The notes under the pieces: generated by a model
Told to the model about the DNA's origin: nothing
The model's database searches: none
Seen by the model: only the letters and a program-made list of their open reading frames with translations
Assembly (NCBI GenBank): GCA_013265495.1
Contig: MU058337.1
Coordinates: 1,542,777-1,606,776 of the forward strand
Direction: 5' to 3'
Length of the DNA: 64,000 bases
From: Vicugna vicugna
Lineage: Eukaryota
Shown: piece after piece, positions 36,350 through 48,470 of the stretch
Numbering within the stretch: the first letter of the stretch is position 1
Layout: every line of letters starts with the position of its first letter
Translations under genes and position numbers: made by a program

Positions 36350-36960
36350 TTTCAGAGAGGATATTCCACTGAGAGGCGCACGTCCTAGGAACATTTACAC
36401 TTCTGCACAGAAGGGGAGGTAAACAGGGGTATTCATCGCAGCACTGTGAATGGATAAAAAATTGTTATGTGTTCTTATAATAGAATTAACATGAATGTGC
36501 AACAATTAAAATGGGGGAACTAGATTTGGCACATTCATGCTATGAAATTAAAATATATACACAATAATTGAAATAAATAAGATGGCTGTGTATTACCATG
36601 AATAGATACCAAAACCCTCTACGGAATCCAAAACAGCAAGATAAAGAATGATAGAGCACTGCACAATAATATTTATATATATAACACATACATACACTTT
36701 AAACAGCAACACCATCTAATTTGTGTGTGTGTGTGTGTAACACAGACGGGAAATACACACATCAAATTCCCACAGTGACTGTCTCTGAGGAGGGAAGAAA
36801 TGGGACTTGAGCTACAAAATGGAAGGAACAATTCATGTTATCAAATGTTTTATTACTTTCTTACAAAATCAAAGCAACAAATGTTGACATCTGTTGATTC
36901 TGGGTAGTAGCTGGCAGGTGTTTGTTTTGCTATGTTCTATAGCTTCCCGCAGTCTTTTTT
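36350..36960 (+). mobile_element. Highly decayed L1ME-like 3' region containing a (TG)n tract at 36722-36738
   Basis: gtattcatcgcagcactg..., aaatgttgacatctgttgattctgggtagtag...gtgtttgttttgctatgttcta. Confidence 0.5.
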
Positions 36961-37851
36961 TTAAACATAAACACAAGTCGTCATATTTGCAGATATTCTG
37001 CATGCTTTTGCATTTGTATTTCTCCTCTGGGTCGCCTCCCCCACTGAGGTTTTTGCAAAGTAGACAGCTGTTTTTCTCCACGGATTTCAGCTTTTCATCT
37101 GGGTGTCATCAGTGAACTCATTCATATTCACTACCCAGAATCTATCACCTGCCTTTTATTCCACTGCCTGAAACCTTAGCCCTTCAACCCATGGCCGGGG
37201 CTGGCAGACACTCAGTATTACCTCATCTTGTCACTCAGAATCGCCCGTGTTTCATTCTCAAACTGCACAGTGTTTACCCCAAATCCGCAGCTACCCTTAG
37301 AAACAGACAGGAAATATATCGAGTTGTCAGATATATTTTTCTGTGGCCCCAGCCAAGAAGTGACTGTATTCCTTTTCCACCTAGGATGCTTCCCAATGTG
37401 TAAATGATACCACTTTCGCAAACTCCCCATCAAGCACACAATGCAGGACGATTCTGGGATTCATGCCAAGAAAGCATCCCCGTGCTCCGGACAAATGCAG
37501 CCTCTCAACATGCTTCGACAGGTAGCCAAAGGGACTGGGGAGGGGGGCAGGAATTAAGGCTCACATGCCGCCCACCACTTTCATGAAAATCTTTTATTTT
37601 TTTCCTACATTGAGGTTCGTGAATAACACTGATAAATTTCTGAGTTTTCCTCTCCACTCTTTGGCTGGTCTTGGTTTGGCAGTACGGAATGACAGTGTCA
37701 CCTGATCACTGGCTTTCCTTTGCCGAACAGATGACTCCACCCATGACGGTTGCCTTCTAAACTTTTTGGCTTTGACATTGCTATTGAAACTCCTATAGCC
37801 ACTAGAAACTTAAGACTCACAGCAAGAAAGCCAGTGGAATAAAAAAAGAGC

Positions 37852-38269
37852 ATAATACAAGATATTAAATATAGTTCACTGTGCTATACAGTAGGACCTT
37901 GTTGTTTATCTATTTTGTATACAGTAGTTTGTATCTGCTAATCCCCAGCTCCTAATTTATCCCTCTGCTATCCTTTCCCCTTTGGTAACCACAAGTTTGT
38001 TTTCTGTGTCTGTGAGTCTGTTTCTATTCTGTAAATAAGTTCATTAGTGTCATAATTAGATTCCACATATAAGTGACAGCATATGATATTTGTCTTTCTC
38101 TGTCTGACTTATGTCATTTAGTATGGCCATCTCTAGTCCATCCATGTTGTTGCAAATGACCTTTTTTTCCTATAATGAAAAAGAATATGTATATATAACT
38201 GTATAACTAAATTACTAGACTGTACACCAGAAACTAACAACACTGTAAATCAACAAAATTTCAGCTAAA
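37852..38269 (+). mobile_element. 5'-inverted L1 insertion (inverted 37852-38168, sense 38169-38269)
   Basis: Antisense 3'UTR block, then sense terminal block and A tail. Flanks AAAAAAAGAGC (37841-37851) / AAAAAAAGAAC (38270-38280). Confidence 0.85.
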
Positions 38270-39189
38270 AAAAAAAGAACTCAGTAAAGATATTGTCTTC
38301 ACATACCACCCAGCTATGAGGGGAGAAAAGCTAGAAATGTGAGCTACTGTTGGTGCATTCAAAATCCTTTCTCCCTATCTGTCCCTTTCCAATCAACCAG
38401 CTAAACTGTCCACCTGAGCCAAATTTTCATTCAACAGTCTGCCTCCTGGATGATCAAAAACTCTCCATGAGTCTTTGAAACTCTAGAAACCACCAGGGCT
38501 GTGTCCTCACTTGATGGCATCAACCCCATGGCACCGAGAATCCCGTTCAGTCTTATAACTTGACGGAGAGACAAGCTGTGTGCCCAAAATTGCAGATTTC
38601 AGTAGCTAAAATCGTCCTCATCCAACTGTCCCACGGGCACTGCGCACTCAAGATGGCCCCAGACACACTTCATCAGCTTTCTACCCCAATCGACAAAAAG
38701 CAAAAAGAAACGAACAAACCAGCTCTTCACCCTGTACCCTCTGCCCTGGCGGTGCCATCAGGCATCACTGGGATTCTCCTCTCCCTTACGCCCACACCTA
38801 GGCAAGAGCATGCTTATCCCGCCTCCGAAAGCAGGTTTCCACCCCTGCGCTCTGATGTCCTCATCTCCTGTCTTGACTGCACATCAAACAGGCTCCACTG
38901 CCTCCTCCAAGCCCTGCCCCCGGAATCCATACTTGCCTGGTCACCACAGTAATTTAATTAAAACTCAAATCTGCCCACAGCCAGCATTCTTCCCTGGGTC
39001 CCCACTGTCTAGGGGCTAAAGTGTGCGGTGGGTAACATGCCATGAAAATCCCTCCAGGTCTGTACGGTTTTTAGACCTCCCCTTCTTCAGAAAGTCTGCC
39101 CCGCCCCCTCCCCAGCTGGGCCAGGGTGCCATTTTTTCCTCCTATCATAACACTCCTTTTCTTTGTTTTCCTTCAAACAAATTTGTCAA

Positions 39190-40660
39190 GCACATCCTGT
39201 CCTTTATGTTGCTAAATCCAGTGGTTAGTGTCGTTTACCTTAGATTAAACTCTCGGCACCATTTCACAAGGTGGCCCACTCCCTGCTTCTTGAAACAGTT
39301 TCTACCCCTGGTTTCATAAAATCCTTCTTTCTGGGTTCTCTTCCTGCTTCAGTCTTTATTTAGTCTAATCTGCTGATTCATGATTCTTGCCACAAACTTT
39401 CAACATGGGGATGTTCCATGATTTATTTACACACCCTGTTTTTCATGTAAACTCCTTCTCTCTCAAGGGTCTCGTTCTTTTTCTTGGCTTTGAGAAAGGT
39501 TATCTGTTTTTCCTCTCCATGAGCTAGCTCCCCACTGGCACATCTACTACTCTATTTGACATCTCTACAGGTGGGATGGTCTTATGTGTCAACATGACTA
39601 GATTGCAGTACCCAGTTACTTAGTCCAACACTGACACCAGTGTTGCTAAGTGAGGGTTTTGCAGATGGAGCTAATGTCTAAAATCAGCTGACTTTAAATA
39701 AAGCTGATTCCCCTTAATAATGTGGGTGGGCCACATCTAATCAGTTGAAGTCCTCAGGAGCAAAAACTGAGGTTTCCAGGAGAGGAAAGAATTCTGCCTC
39801 AAGATGGTACTATGGAAAGTCAGCCTGAGTTTCCAGCCTGCCAACTTGCCCTATGGATTTCAGACCCAAGACTGCAACATTAATTCCTGACTAAATTTCC
39901 AGCCTACCCTACAGATGTAATTCCTTAAAATCTACCTACCTACCTACCTACCTACCTATCTATCTATCTTTCTGGTTCTGTTCTCTGGAGACTTTAATAA
40001 ATGGCTGTCTCACCAATACCTCAAATTCAATCTACCTCCAACACTCACAGCCTGGCCACCTTCTTCTCCAGGATACTAGTGCTAGTTGCCCCACCTTAAG
40101 CAGGAGTCATTCTGTATCCCCCCACCCCCGACCCTCCTGGTGCCTGGGACAGACAGGTAGACTGGTTGATCCAGGGTACCTATTTATAGTATCCCCTTTC
40201 ACTCTCACAACTGTCTGAATGATAAATTACACTCTATTCCATCAGCAAGCTCTGTGATTCTTCCTCTAAACTTAGCCCCCAACCAGCGACCTCTCCTCAT
40301 CTCCTGGGCTACTCCTCTGGTCCATGGGGGGCTCATCTCCTGCCAGGCTCCCAAGAGAGACTCCTACGTGCTTCCTCTTCCTTCAAACTTGTTTCCTAAG
40401 AATCCCTTCTCGGCATGGGCGGCTTTGCCAGAACGAACTCTGAAAATTCAGAGCGGATTCACTTTCCCCCTTTCTTAGAATCTTACAGTGGGCTCGCATT
40501 ATACTTAGAAAAAACGAAATCCAAAGTTCTTACCCAGCAAGGCGTTCCCTGGGCTTCGTCCGACCACCTCTTGGTCCCAAACTCCTTTCACTGTCCCCTC
40601 AGTCACGAAGCTCCAGCGACACCACATTTCTTTCTTTTTTTCCACCTATGCTTTAGTTTA
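39190..40660 (+). mobile_element. Decayed L2 LINE interrupted by an MLT2 LTR
   Basis: ttgctaaatccagtgg, tttgacatctctacag | LTR | atggctgtctcaccaatacctcaaattcaa, aaatccaaagttcttacc: collinear L2 motifs on both sides of the LTR. Confidence 0.65.
39570..40000 (+). mobile_element. ERVL solo LTR (MLT2D-like) with internal (CTAC)n(CTAT)n at 39932-39968
   Basis: ttatgtgtcaacatgactag...aatcagctgactttaaataaag...gtgggtgggccacatctaatcagttgaag...tctggttctgttctctggaga. Confidence 0.82.
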
Positions 40661-42783
40661 CACTCCTCTGATTATTAAAATCTAAGAGGTTTTTGCTTAA
40701 AAAACAAAACCAAACCAAACCACAAGCACGCAAGCAGTGGCACACCGCACTTCCTGACCCAGCGCGGCGCATCCCCCACGCCGGCTACGCTTCGCTTCCA
40801 CCTCCATCTAGAACACTCCTCTCTGTATTCATTGGCTGCTTTCTCCTTGTCACTCAAACTCTTTCGGGCACCACCCCTCAGAGGGCTCCCGCGCAGGCGC
40901 AGTTCGCCCCCGCCATGCCGCCTCCCGCCTCCTCTGTGGGAGCTGGGGGAGCCCAGGCTGGCCCTCGCGCCTCGCGCATGTCTGGCGACAGCCGCGTGGT
41001 GTCACTGAGGGTCCTGACAGGCAAGTGGAAGCTTGGAGGGTGTCCCCTGGGAGGAGGACGTCCGTGCGCCGTCCCTGTCCCTTCCTCCCTGTCTGGAGCT
41101 CGGCAGCCCGCTGTCTGTCCGCCAGTCCGTCCGCGCGTGTCAGCTGAACGAAGGAACACGCTCAGAACACTGCCCTCCCAGACATGAACGGGCCCGAGCC
41201 CTCCCTGTGTGGGGAAAAAAAAGAACGGAAAAGAAAAGGCGAGAAGGTAAGAGAAAGGTTTAAAACTTACTGGTGTTTATGATTAGCGCCTTCCGGGGCG
41301 GTAAACTATTTCAATTCAGAAATAGTGACCTGCCGTTTACTCTCCTCCCCCCTTACATACATAGATGGAAGGTTCTAGATGGACACAGACTCCTATCGCC
41401 TGAACCCTCCACAGCCGCTCACTGTGCCAGAACCTCGGAGGCCGGCTGGGCCAGCATTGCTCACACCGGCGGACTTAATTACAGTCGGCTTCCAGCCGGA
41501 GAGCGTCCGCGCCCGCCTCTGATTGGAGCGGCCCGAGCCCTGGGGCCTTCCTATGTGGGGCCTAAACGGCCTCATTAGACATAATTATAATGCTCTCGAT
41601 CTTTTAGACTCTCATGCCTTTAAAAAAAACTTGCTGAATTTTGTTTAGAATTGTTCTTAAAGGGACAGAGAATATTTTCTCCAGAAACGTTCCTGTTTAT
41701 TAGGGCTGAAACGTCAAGTAACAGGGAAAGTTTCACCTTCCTTCTGCTCCTCCTGCAGAGCCAGGACGAGGTGTTACCGTGCCTGGGGTCTCCGTGGGTT
41801 CCCTGGTTGTTGAATGGAGGAGGAAGAGCAGCTGACATCTGAAACTTCAGGTGCACTTTTGCCTCTCTGTGTTCCTAACTTGCAAAAACCATGCCACGGA
41901 AGGCCATAAACTCTGAATATTTGTGCTTTGGAGGAGAGCCTGTGTAAGACGTTTACCCCAAGCCTATAGGATGCATGTACCTAAAGCCCTCTTACCTACT
42001 CACCTAGACTTGCTCATGAACCTTGAACTCGGGAGTCTAGTGAGAAAGAAATTGGAGCTTAGCTCTGCTTCGATGCAAGAAGCCATCGAGAACTTCAAAA
42101 GCTGGCCTCAATTACAAGCCGATTCTGAAACCGAGCAGAACCCTGTGGGGCCTTCTCTGGTACAAAAACCCCTCTCTGTCCCCTGTTTTTGAGTTTGTGG
42201 AAAAAGGCTGTAGTCTCCTAGACCTTCCCTGAGTTCCAAAGAACGGGCACAGGCAGTTACTAGAGAAGTGAGGGAATGCAGTAACAGAGGAAAAGCAGTT
42301 ACACAAGAAAAAGTGATGACCATAGTTCAGCAATAAAAACAGAGTCCTAGTTAGGTGTACGCAGCATAATTTGCAGGATGCTGGGTATGCACCCTAAACA
42401 TTTTTCCAGTTTCCTGTTGCAAAACCTGGTGTTTTACCCCAAGGTTTCATAGTATTGGATGAAAACACCAATTTTCCAAAATTTTAATCTGAATGAATAT
42501 TCGATTATTTCCTCTGTGACAGGTAGCAAACGTTAGGGAACTGGAAACTGGCATAGGAAGTATTTGTCCAAGTTAATAAAGTCAAGATGTAGAGATTTGT
42601 TTCCTTTTCTCATTATTTGTAACAAATGTGTTTGGAAGGTGCACTTCTGGAGTAAAGGAACATTAGGCTGTTCTAAATCGTCACAAGGGAGCTTCTGGTT
42701 CTGTTTGCTTTCCTGCTGCTTGTTGCTACTCCTGTCGCTGCCATGATGGTTGCACAGTGGCTCAGGGATGGCCTGGAAGGCTT

Positions 42784-43233
42784 GTGTCACGCACGGGTTG
42801 AATTGTGTCCGCCAGAGAGTTCTGCCCAAGTCCTAACCCCTGCTACCTGTGGATATGACCTTATTCGGAAATTTGCATCTACCTTCTTTGTAGATAGAAA
42901 TACATCAAGATGAGGTCTTCAGGGTCCTTAATCCAAGGTGACTGGTGTCCTATGGAGAAAAGGCCACGTGAAGACAATGACACATGGAGGAGGCTGTGTG
43001 ATGGGAGAGGCAGAGATAGGAATGGTGCAGCTGCAAGCTGAGGAACTCAGGGTGGCTCGCAGCGCCAGACTCCAGAAGAGGCGAGGAAGGCGCCTGCCCA
43101 GAGTGTAGAGGGGGCTTGTTCTGCCGCACCTTGGTTTTGGACTTTGGCCTCCAGACCGTGAGATGATCAATTTCTGTTGTTTTAACCCTCCCGGTTTGTG
43201 GTTTCTTGTTAGAGCAGCCCTGGGCAGCTGATG
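42784..43233 (+). mobile_element. MaLR solo LTR (MLT1C-like)
   Basis: gggttgaattgtgtcc...gtcctaacccc...tatgaccttattcggaaat...ggactttggcctccagaccgtgagatgatcaatttctgttgttttaa...gcagccctggg. Confidence 0.85.
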
Positions 43234-43424
43234 CTCCATGGTTGGGATCTAGAAAGGCAGCCTGTATCCCTGCACATTGGGAAAGAAGAAGAGTGGGAAG
43301 GCTGGAGGGTTGAGGGGATGTGATACTCACTTTGGCTTCTTTCATAATCTTGCCTAAGATGTGCACAGCGTGGAAGACTAACTGGGAAGCCAAAGACTGG
43401 GTGGGACTGGATAAGAAGTTAATT

Positions 43425-43500
43425 TGTTCATTCATTCATTCACTCATTCATTCAACAAATACACTCAGTGAGCGCCAGGCACACATCAGGCATGTTGTAT
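43425..43500 (-). mobile_element. L2 3' terminus with (TTCA)n tail
   Basis: ttcattcattcattcactcattcattcaacaaatac...gccaggcac. Confidence 0.7.
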
Positions 43501-43914
43501 GTCGTCTTTCCTCTTTGCTTGACTCTCTTCTGTGAACGTAAGCTGGTGATGGATAGAAACAGTGGGAAGAATATGTAAAGAAGGAAGTAGGTTAAGAAGG
43601 AGCGTGGGCATCACGTGTGAATAGGGTGAATCTTTCCACAGATCAACGGGGCAAACATGGCGGGCCACCAAGAAGGGGACTTTCCAATAGGATTTGGAAA
43701 ATTCAGTATCACCAGATATTTGACTGCAGGAAAGAGAACTTTTGGGAAATGTTCACTAGAGGAAAGAAGACGTGAGGAAAAACAGATTGTCAGCTGTTCT
43801 CAGTCAGATGGTTATTTGCATTTATGTCCTTAATAAAATAGAAATACAGATTTAAAAGTTTAATATGTAAAGGTTTTAATTGATAGAATAAATTTATAAT
43901 AGCTAGAACATTTG

Positions 43915-44285
43915 ATTAGACTTTATTTTTTAAAGCAGTTTTAGGTTCATAGCAAAATCGAGGGGAGAGCCTCCTGCACCCAGACGTATGGTCTCCCCCA
44001 TAAAGAACATGCGCCACCAGAGTGGGGCGTTTGTTACATTTGGTGAGCCAACGCTGACACATCACTGTCCACCAAAGTCCATACTGTGTACATCTGGCTC
44101 GCTCTGGGCGTTGCAATCTAGGGGCTTGGACATGTGTATCTAATATCATGGCGGCCTACAGAATATTTTCTGTCCTTAAAAATTCTCTGTGCTCCACCTA
44201 TTCATTCCTGCCTGTTCCCTAACCCCTGGCAACCACTGATCTTTTTACTGTCTCCATAGTTTTGCCTTTTCCAATATTATATGTT
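43915..44285 (-). mobile_element. L1MC-like 3'UTR fragment
   Basis: Reverse complement of the 3'UTR type at 30140-30530 (gcagttttaggttcatagcaaaat...cctggcaaccactgatctttttactgtctccatagttttgccttttcca). Confidence 0.82.
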
Positions 44286-47200
44286 TTAATAGTTTGAACA
44301 AGGTAGCAAGTAAACAATGCCTAACCCCAAAACAGAGTGAAATTTTTATAACAGTTGATATTATATTAAACGATAATATTTCTTTAAGCTCTCCTCATAA
44401 TACGTTTCTTATAGCACCAGGGTAACAATTTCCCAATATCACATGAGAAAGAGACTGTGACTACATTTTAAAAAATGCATGGGTATATATGGCTAATAAA
44501 GATTTGTTCCCTTTTCTAATTATTTTGAACTAACTTGTTTAGAAAGGAAACATCTGGGATAAAGAAACGTTAGCTTTTCTAAAGCATTCGAACATGTAGT
44601 TTCAAATTTTTGCTACTTTAAGTCAAGACATTTGTACATGTGGTTAATTTAGACCCATTATGTAAATATTACTTAATCTTATTGTTTTCCGGATTTCTGC
44701 TTGATATTTATTTTCAGATACCCACATAGCTGTTGATTACTTCCACAGCTACTTCCAAAAAATTAAATTTAAAACTTGAGAACCACAGTACTTTCATCTA
44801 CTAGAAAAATGTGTTGAAGGAAATACAAATTTACAAAAGAAATACTATGGACTTCAGTAAAGTTCAAATATAAAGACTCTTGTTAAAGATGGCTTCGTGT
44901 GACTATTTTCATAGTAAGATTTCTTTAAGTGGGTAAATCTCACTAGCAAATAATTATTTTGAATTTCTCTCTCTCCTTTGTTGCAGTCTTTGCCATCAAA
45001 AAGATAGTGGCCTGAGTTCCAACATTTTTATTTCCCTTTCTTAGGAGAACATTCTTTATGTCTTATGCACTTAGTGAGACCCAGTCTGATTATTAGCTAT
45101 ACCCTAAAAAGTTAGATCTGAAATCCATTAGTTTTCTTTATAGATAAAATGTGTTTAACACCCAAGTTCTAACTGAGCACTTACTGCTGTAGCATTTATG
45201 GGGTGCCTTTTCTTGTCCTCAGTTCTTTGTGATGACATCAGTATAGCATGTTAACATAATTTCCACCTTGCATTTGTACAATAGGTTTAATAATTTGCTG
45301 ATTGTAACAAAAAAATGCTAAAGTCAGACCTACATCTTAATTTTCATGTTATCATCCCAGAATATTGTCCGTGTGATATTGCTTCTAATTTATACTTCTC
45401 AAAATGTATACATAGATACATTAATAATGTATATATTAATGTATAACAAACTGTATATATAGAGCTTATTAATATAAACATTTATCACAGATCTACTGAA
45501 ACTCAGAAAGATGAAATATGATGTTTTTAAGCTAGAGGATGCATCTTACTAAAAATTGCTGAAACATTCCTTAATGGTTATATTTTTCCATCTCCTATTA
45601 ATGTGTTTCATGGAACATTATCAAATTAAAATGTTATCCTAGGGTTTGGCTAAAAAAATAAGTAAAATAATAAACAGCAAAGTATTTAGTCATAAGGATT
45701 TTTTCCAGCTATTCAGCTGATAAAATAAGTAAGCCTGGAAAGTAGATTAAGAAAATAATCAAAAGTATAAAGCTAACAATACACATATGAGAAGAATTAA
45801 ACATTCCTGGACCAGTGCGGACTTGCATTTTAACAGCTGTCCAGCGTGGAAGAGGAACCGTTGAGCTGTTGCGGGCCGGGAATTGCTATTTCTTCACGGT
45901 GGAGTGTGCTTCTCCGGTCTGTTGCAACAAACTATTACACCTTGAAAAGCAAGCCAGGCATTTTCCAAAGTAAAACCAGCCCTTCAGTTTAACCTTGTTC
46001 GGTGTGCACCAGGTGCCTAGGGCAAGTCCCTTCCATCATTCTTCAATGACCTCAAGTTCAGAAATGTCGGTAGACCACTGCTTCGTAAGTGACTTTGAAA
46101 AAGCCCCAGTGGCCGTTGAAATCACCGTATAGTACAACATGCTTTTACCCTTGGGAAGAAGTTTACAGCCTTGTACTATTTCTCCTAGCAGCCCTCTGGT
46201 GTTGGGTGAAACTCCCACCTCTATGGAAAAGTTGAGAAGACGGAGCAGATGGAATTCACTCCTGTGCTTGGAGTCCAAGGTGAAGGAAGGCCCTGATCCA
46301 GGACTCCGGCTCCAAGGTTACAGCAGAGGCAGGCGCTGATTTCAGGGTAGGTGTGCACGTAGCAGATGGGCATCTCATGGACTCGGGGGACTCCGCCAAG
46401 CTCTCCGGGAAGGAGAGATCTGTGCTCTGCAGCTCCCGCGGGAGCCCTCTGGGTCCCCCTGACCCGTTCCTGCCCCACGGGGGAGCCCGGGGCTTCCAAC
46501 CAAGCCCGATGGCAGGGAGGGTGTTGTGCTCCAGGCCGAGGGTTAGTCACGGAAAGATAACATGACTACACCGAGGATCTCAGTGTCGCCAGGGAGCAGG
46601 GAGGGGCACAGGCCTCTCCTTGGTTTCACCAGCAATTTGGACAAGAACCTTCCTGTCCATTTCAGCTCTGTTGCTGACTCTCCTCCAAAATCATCATTCT
46701 CCGCGGTTTAAGGATCTCTTATACTAACCTTAAGGAATGAAGAGGAGCCAAGTCTACTGTTCTGGCTTCAGAAAGCAGAACATCAAACCAGAGGATTTGG
46801 GAGGAGACAAATGCCTTTCTTCCCGCCTCCTCGTCGAGCAGAGGATATGGCTCTTGTCCAGTTTGGAGAGAGACTCTCCAGGCCAAGCCAGCACCTCTGG
46901 CAGGCGGCCACTCCTGGGAGAAAGTGTCTCTGCTTCCCCTTCCGTGCGCTGCCCACGGCGGGCGTGCAAGGCTTGGGGATTGAATAAACAAGTAGCTCCA
47001 CATGTGAACACTTCCCTCGGCAGAATCTTGCAGGCCACGTGTAAACCTGCTGGTGAGGCCACGTTAACAACTCACGACAAACTGCTTTGACCCCTCCATC
47101 CAGGTTGTTTGGCAAACTCAGCTGTTGTGACTTCAGCTTGCTAGATGGATCTTTATTGAGAGGCTACCGTGAGTAGAGCATTCTTCGAGGTCTTGTGGGG

Positions 47201-47799
47201 AGCAAAAGGGTTTAAAAGAAGGATTCTAGCCTTAGAGACTTACATTCCAGGAAAGAAAAGTAGACACGTATAAGAACATGAGCAGTAAAGCTGAATAGTA
47301 ACATAATGACCGGAGGTACTAACGCGTATGGAAGTAAGTGGCCACATGACTGAGTGAATGGATGAAATGCTGGGTCCCCCCGCCGGCAGCTGTACCATCA
47401 CAGATACGGCGGTTTGCAGCTACTAATCGTCTTGTTCGCAGCACATCCCATAAAGAAGTGTCTTGTAAAGACAATGAAGGCTAACGTGGGCTTTGGCTCA
47501 AGTCAGAGGCAGGAAGAAAGGCGTTTTTTCTCCTCGCAAACCCCTGCTGGTTTGATTGTCTGTTTTCTGAAGCCTGAATGGGATGTTGGCTTGTCTGCAT
47601 GCTGCAGTGAGTGTGAGAGATACCTCAACCCCACTTGGGGGTCCAGAACCCCTCAGATTCAACATGTCCGAAATAACTCGGAATCTCCCAGGACTCCTTA
47701 TCTCAGTAAATGAGGTAAGGGACCCTTTCACTCCACAAGCCGGAAATCCCAGCCTGTCATCCCCACACTTGCCCAAACCCAATTCATCACCAAGTCTTA

Positions 47800-48470
47800 G
47801 AAATCTCCATGTGTCCTCCCCTGCACCCCACCACCATGCCGTGGTCTGAGCTGTCACCCCATCCTGCCCGAACGCCTGCAACAGTCTGGTCTCCTGACAG
47901 GTCTCTCCAAGTCCACTTCCTTTTCTTTGTTTCTTCACACGGTGGCCAGGGAGCTGTTCAAAATCCCCAACCATCGCGTCCCTCCCAGGTGCAGACCCTT
48001 CTGTGGTTTCCCTCTGCCCAGGAGGTGGCCACGCAGACCCGCAGTCACCTGCCTCTGCATCTTCCCTGGCCCCACCTCCTTCCCTCCCCTCTGCTCCCCA
48101 GGTTCACCAGCTTCCATGTCCACGTGTAGGCCCCCGCCCTCTCGGAAGCTTGTGACATGGTGACCCTCCCACTCTGAATGCTGTCCACCCAATCTCTCCC
48201 CCAGCCCTGACTCCTGGAGAAGGGCCTTCATCTTCCTGTCGGGCTGATCTGCATACTCCCAGGTGCAACCTCTCTGATCCTCCCAGACCTGATCAGGACC
48301 GTCTCTTCCACGTCATGGTTTGTAAGTACATATGTGTGAACATCAGTCAGTGTCTGTGTACCCTCTCGGATGCTGGGATCTGAGGCCAAGGCCTGCTGGA
48401 CGTTTTGTTCGCTGCACTCAGCAGAGTGATCAGCACACAATGGGTATGGCCTAAATATTTGCAAAATGAG
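47800..48470 (+). mobile_element. Decayed L2 3' region
   Basis: ttcacacggtggccagggagctgttcaaaatc..., ctcctggagaagggccttc, ttttgttcgctgcactc...cacacaatgggtatggcctaaatatttg. Confidence 0.6.

Noticed and set aside
40693..41187. 164-aa ORF, the longest in the window
   Set aside because: Non-ATG start, low-complexity product, lies in a GC-rich patch over probable L2 sequence, and has no splice or homology support.
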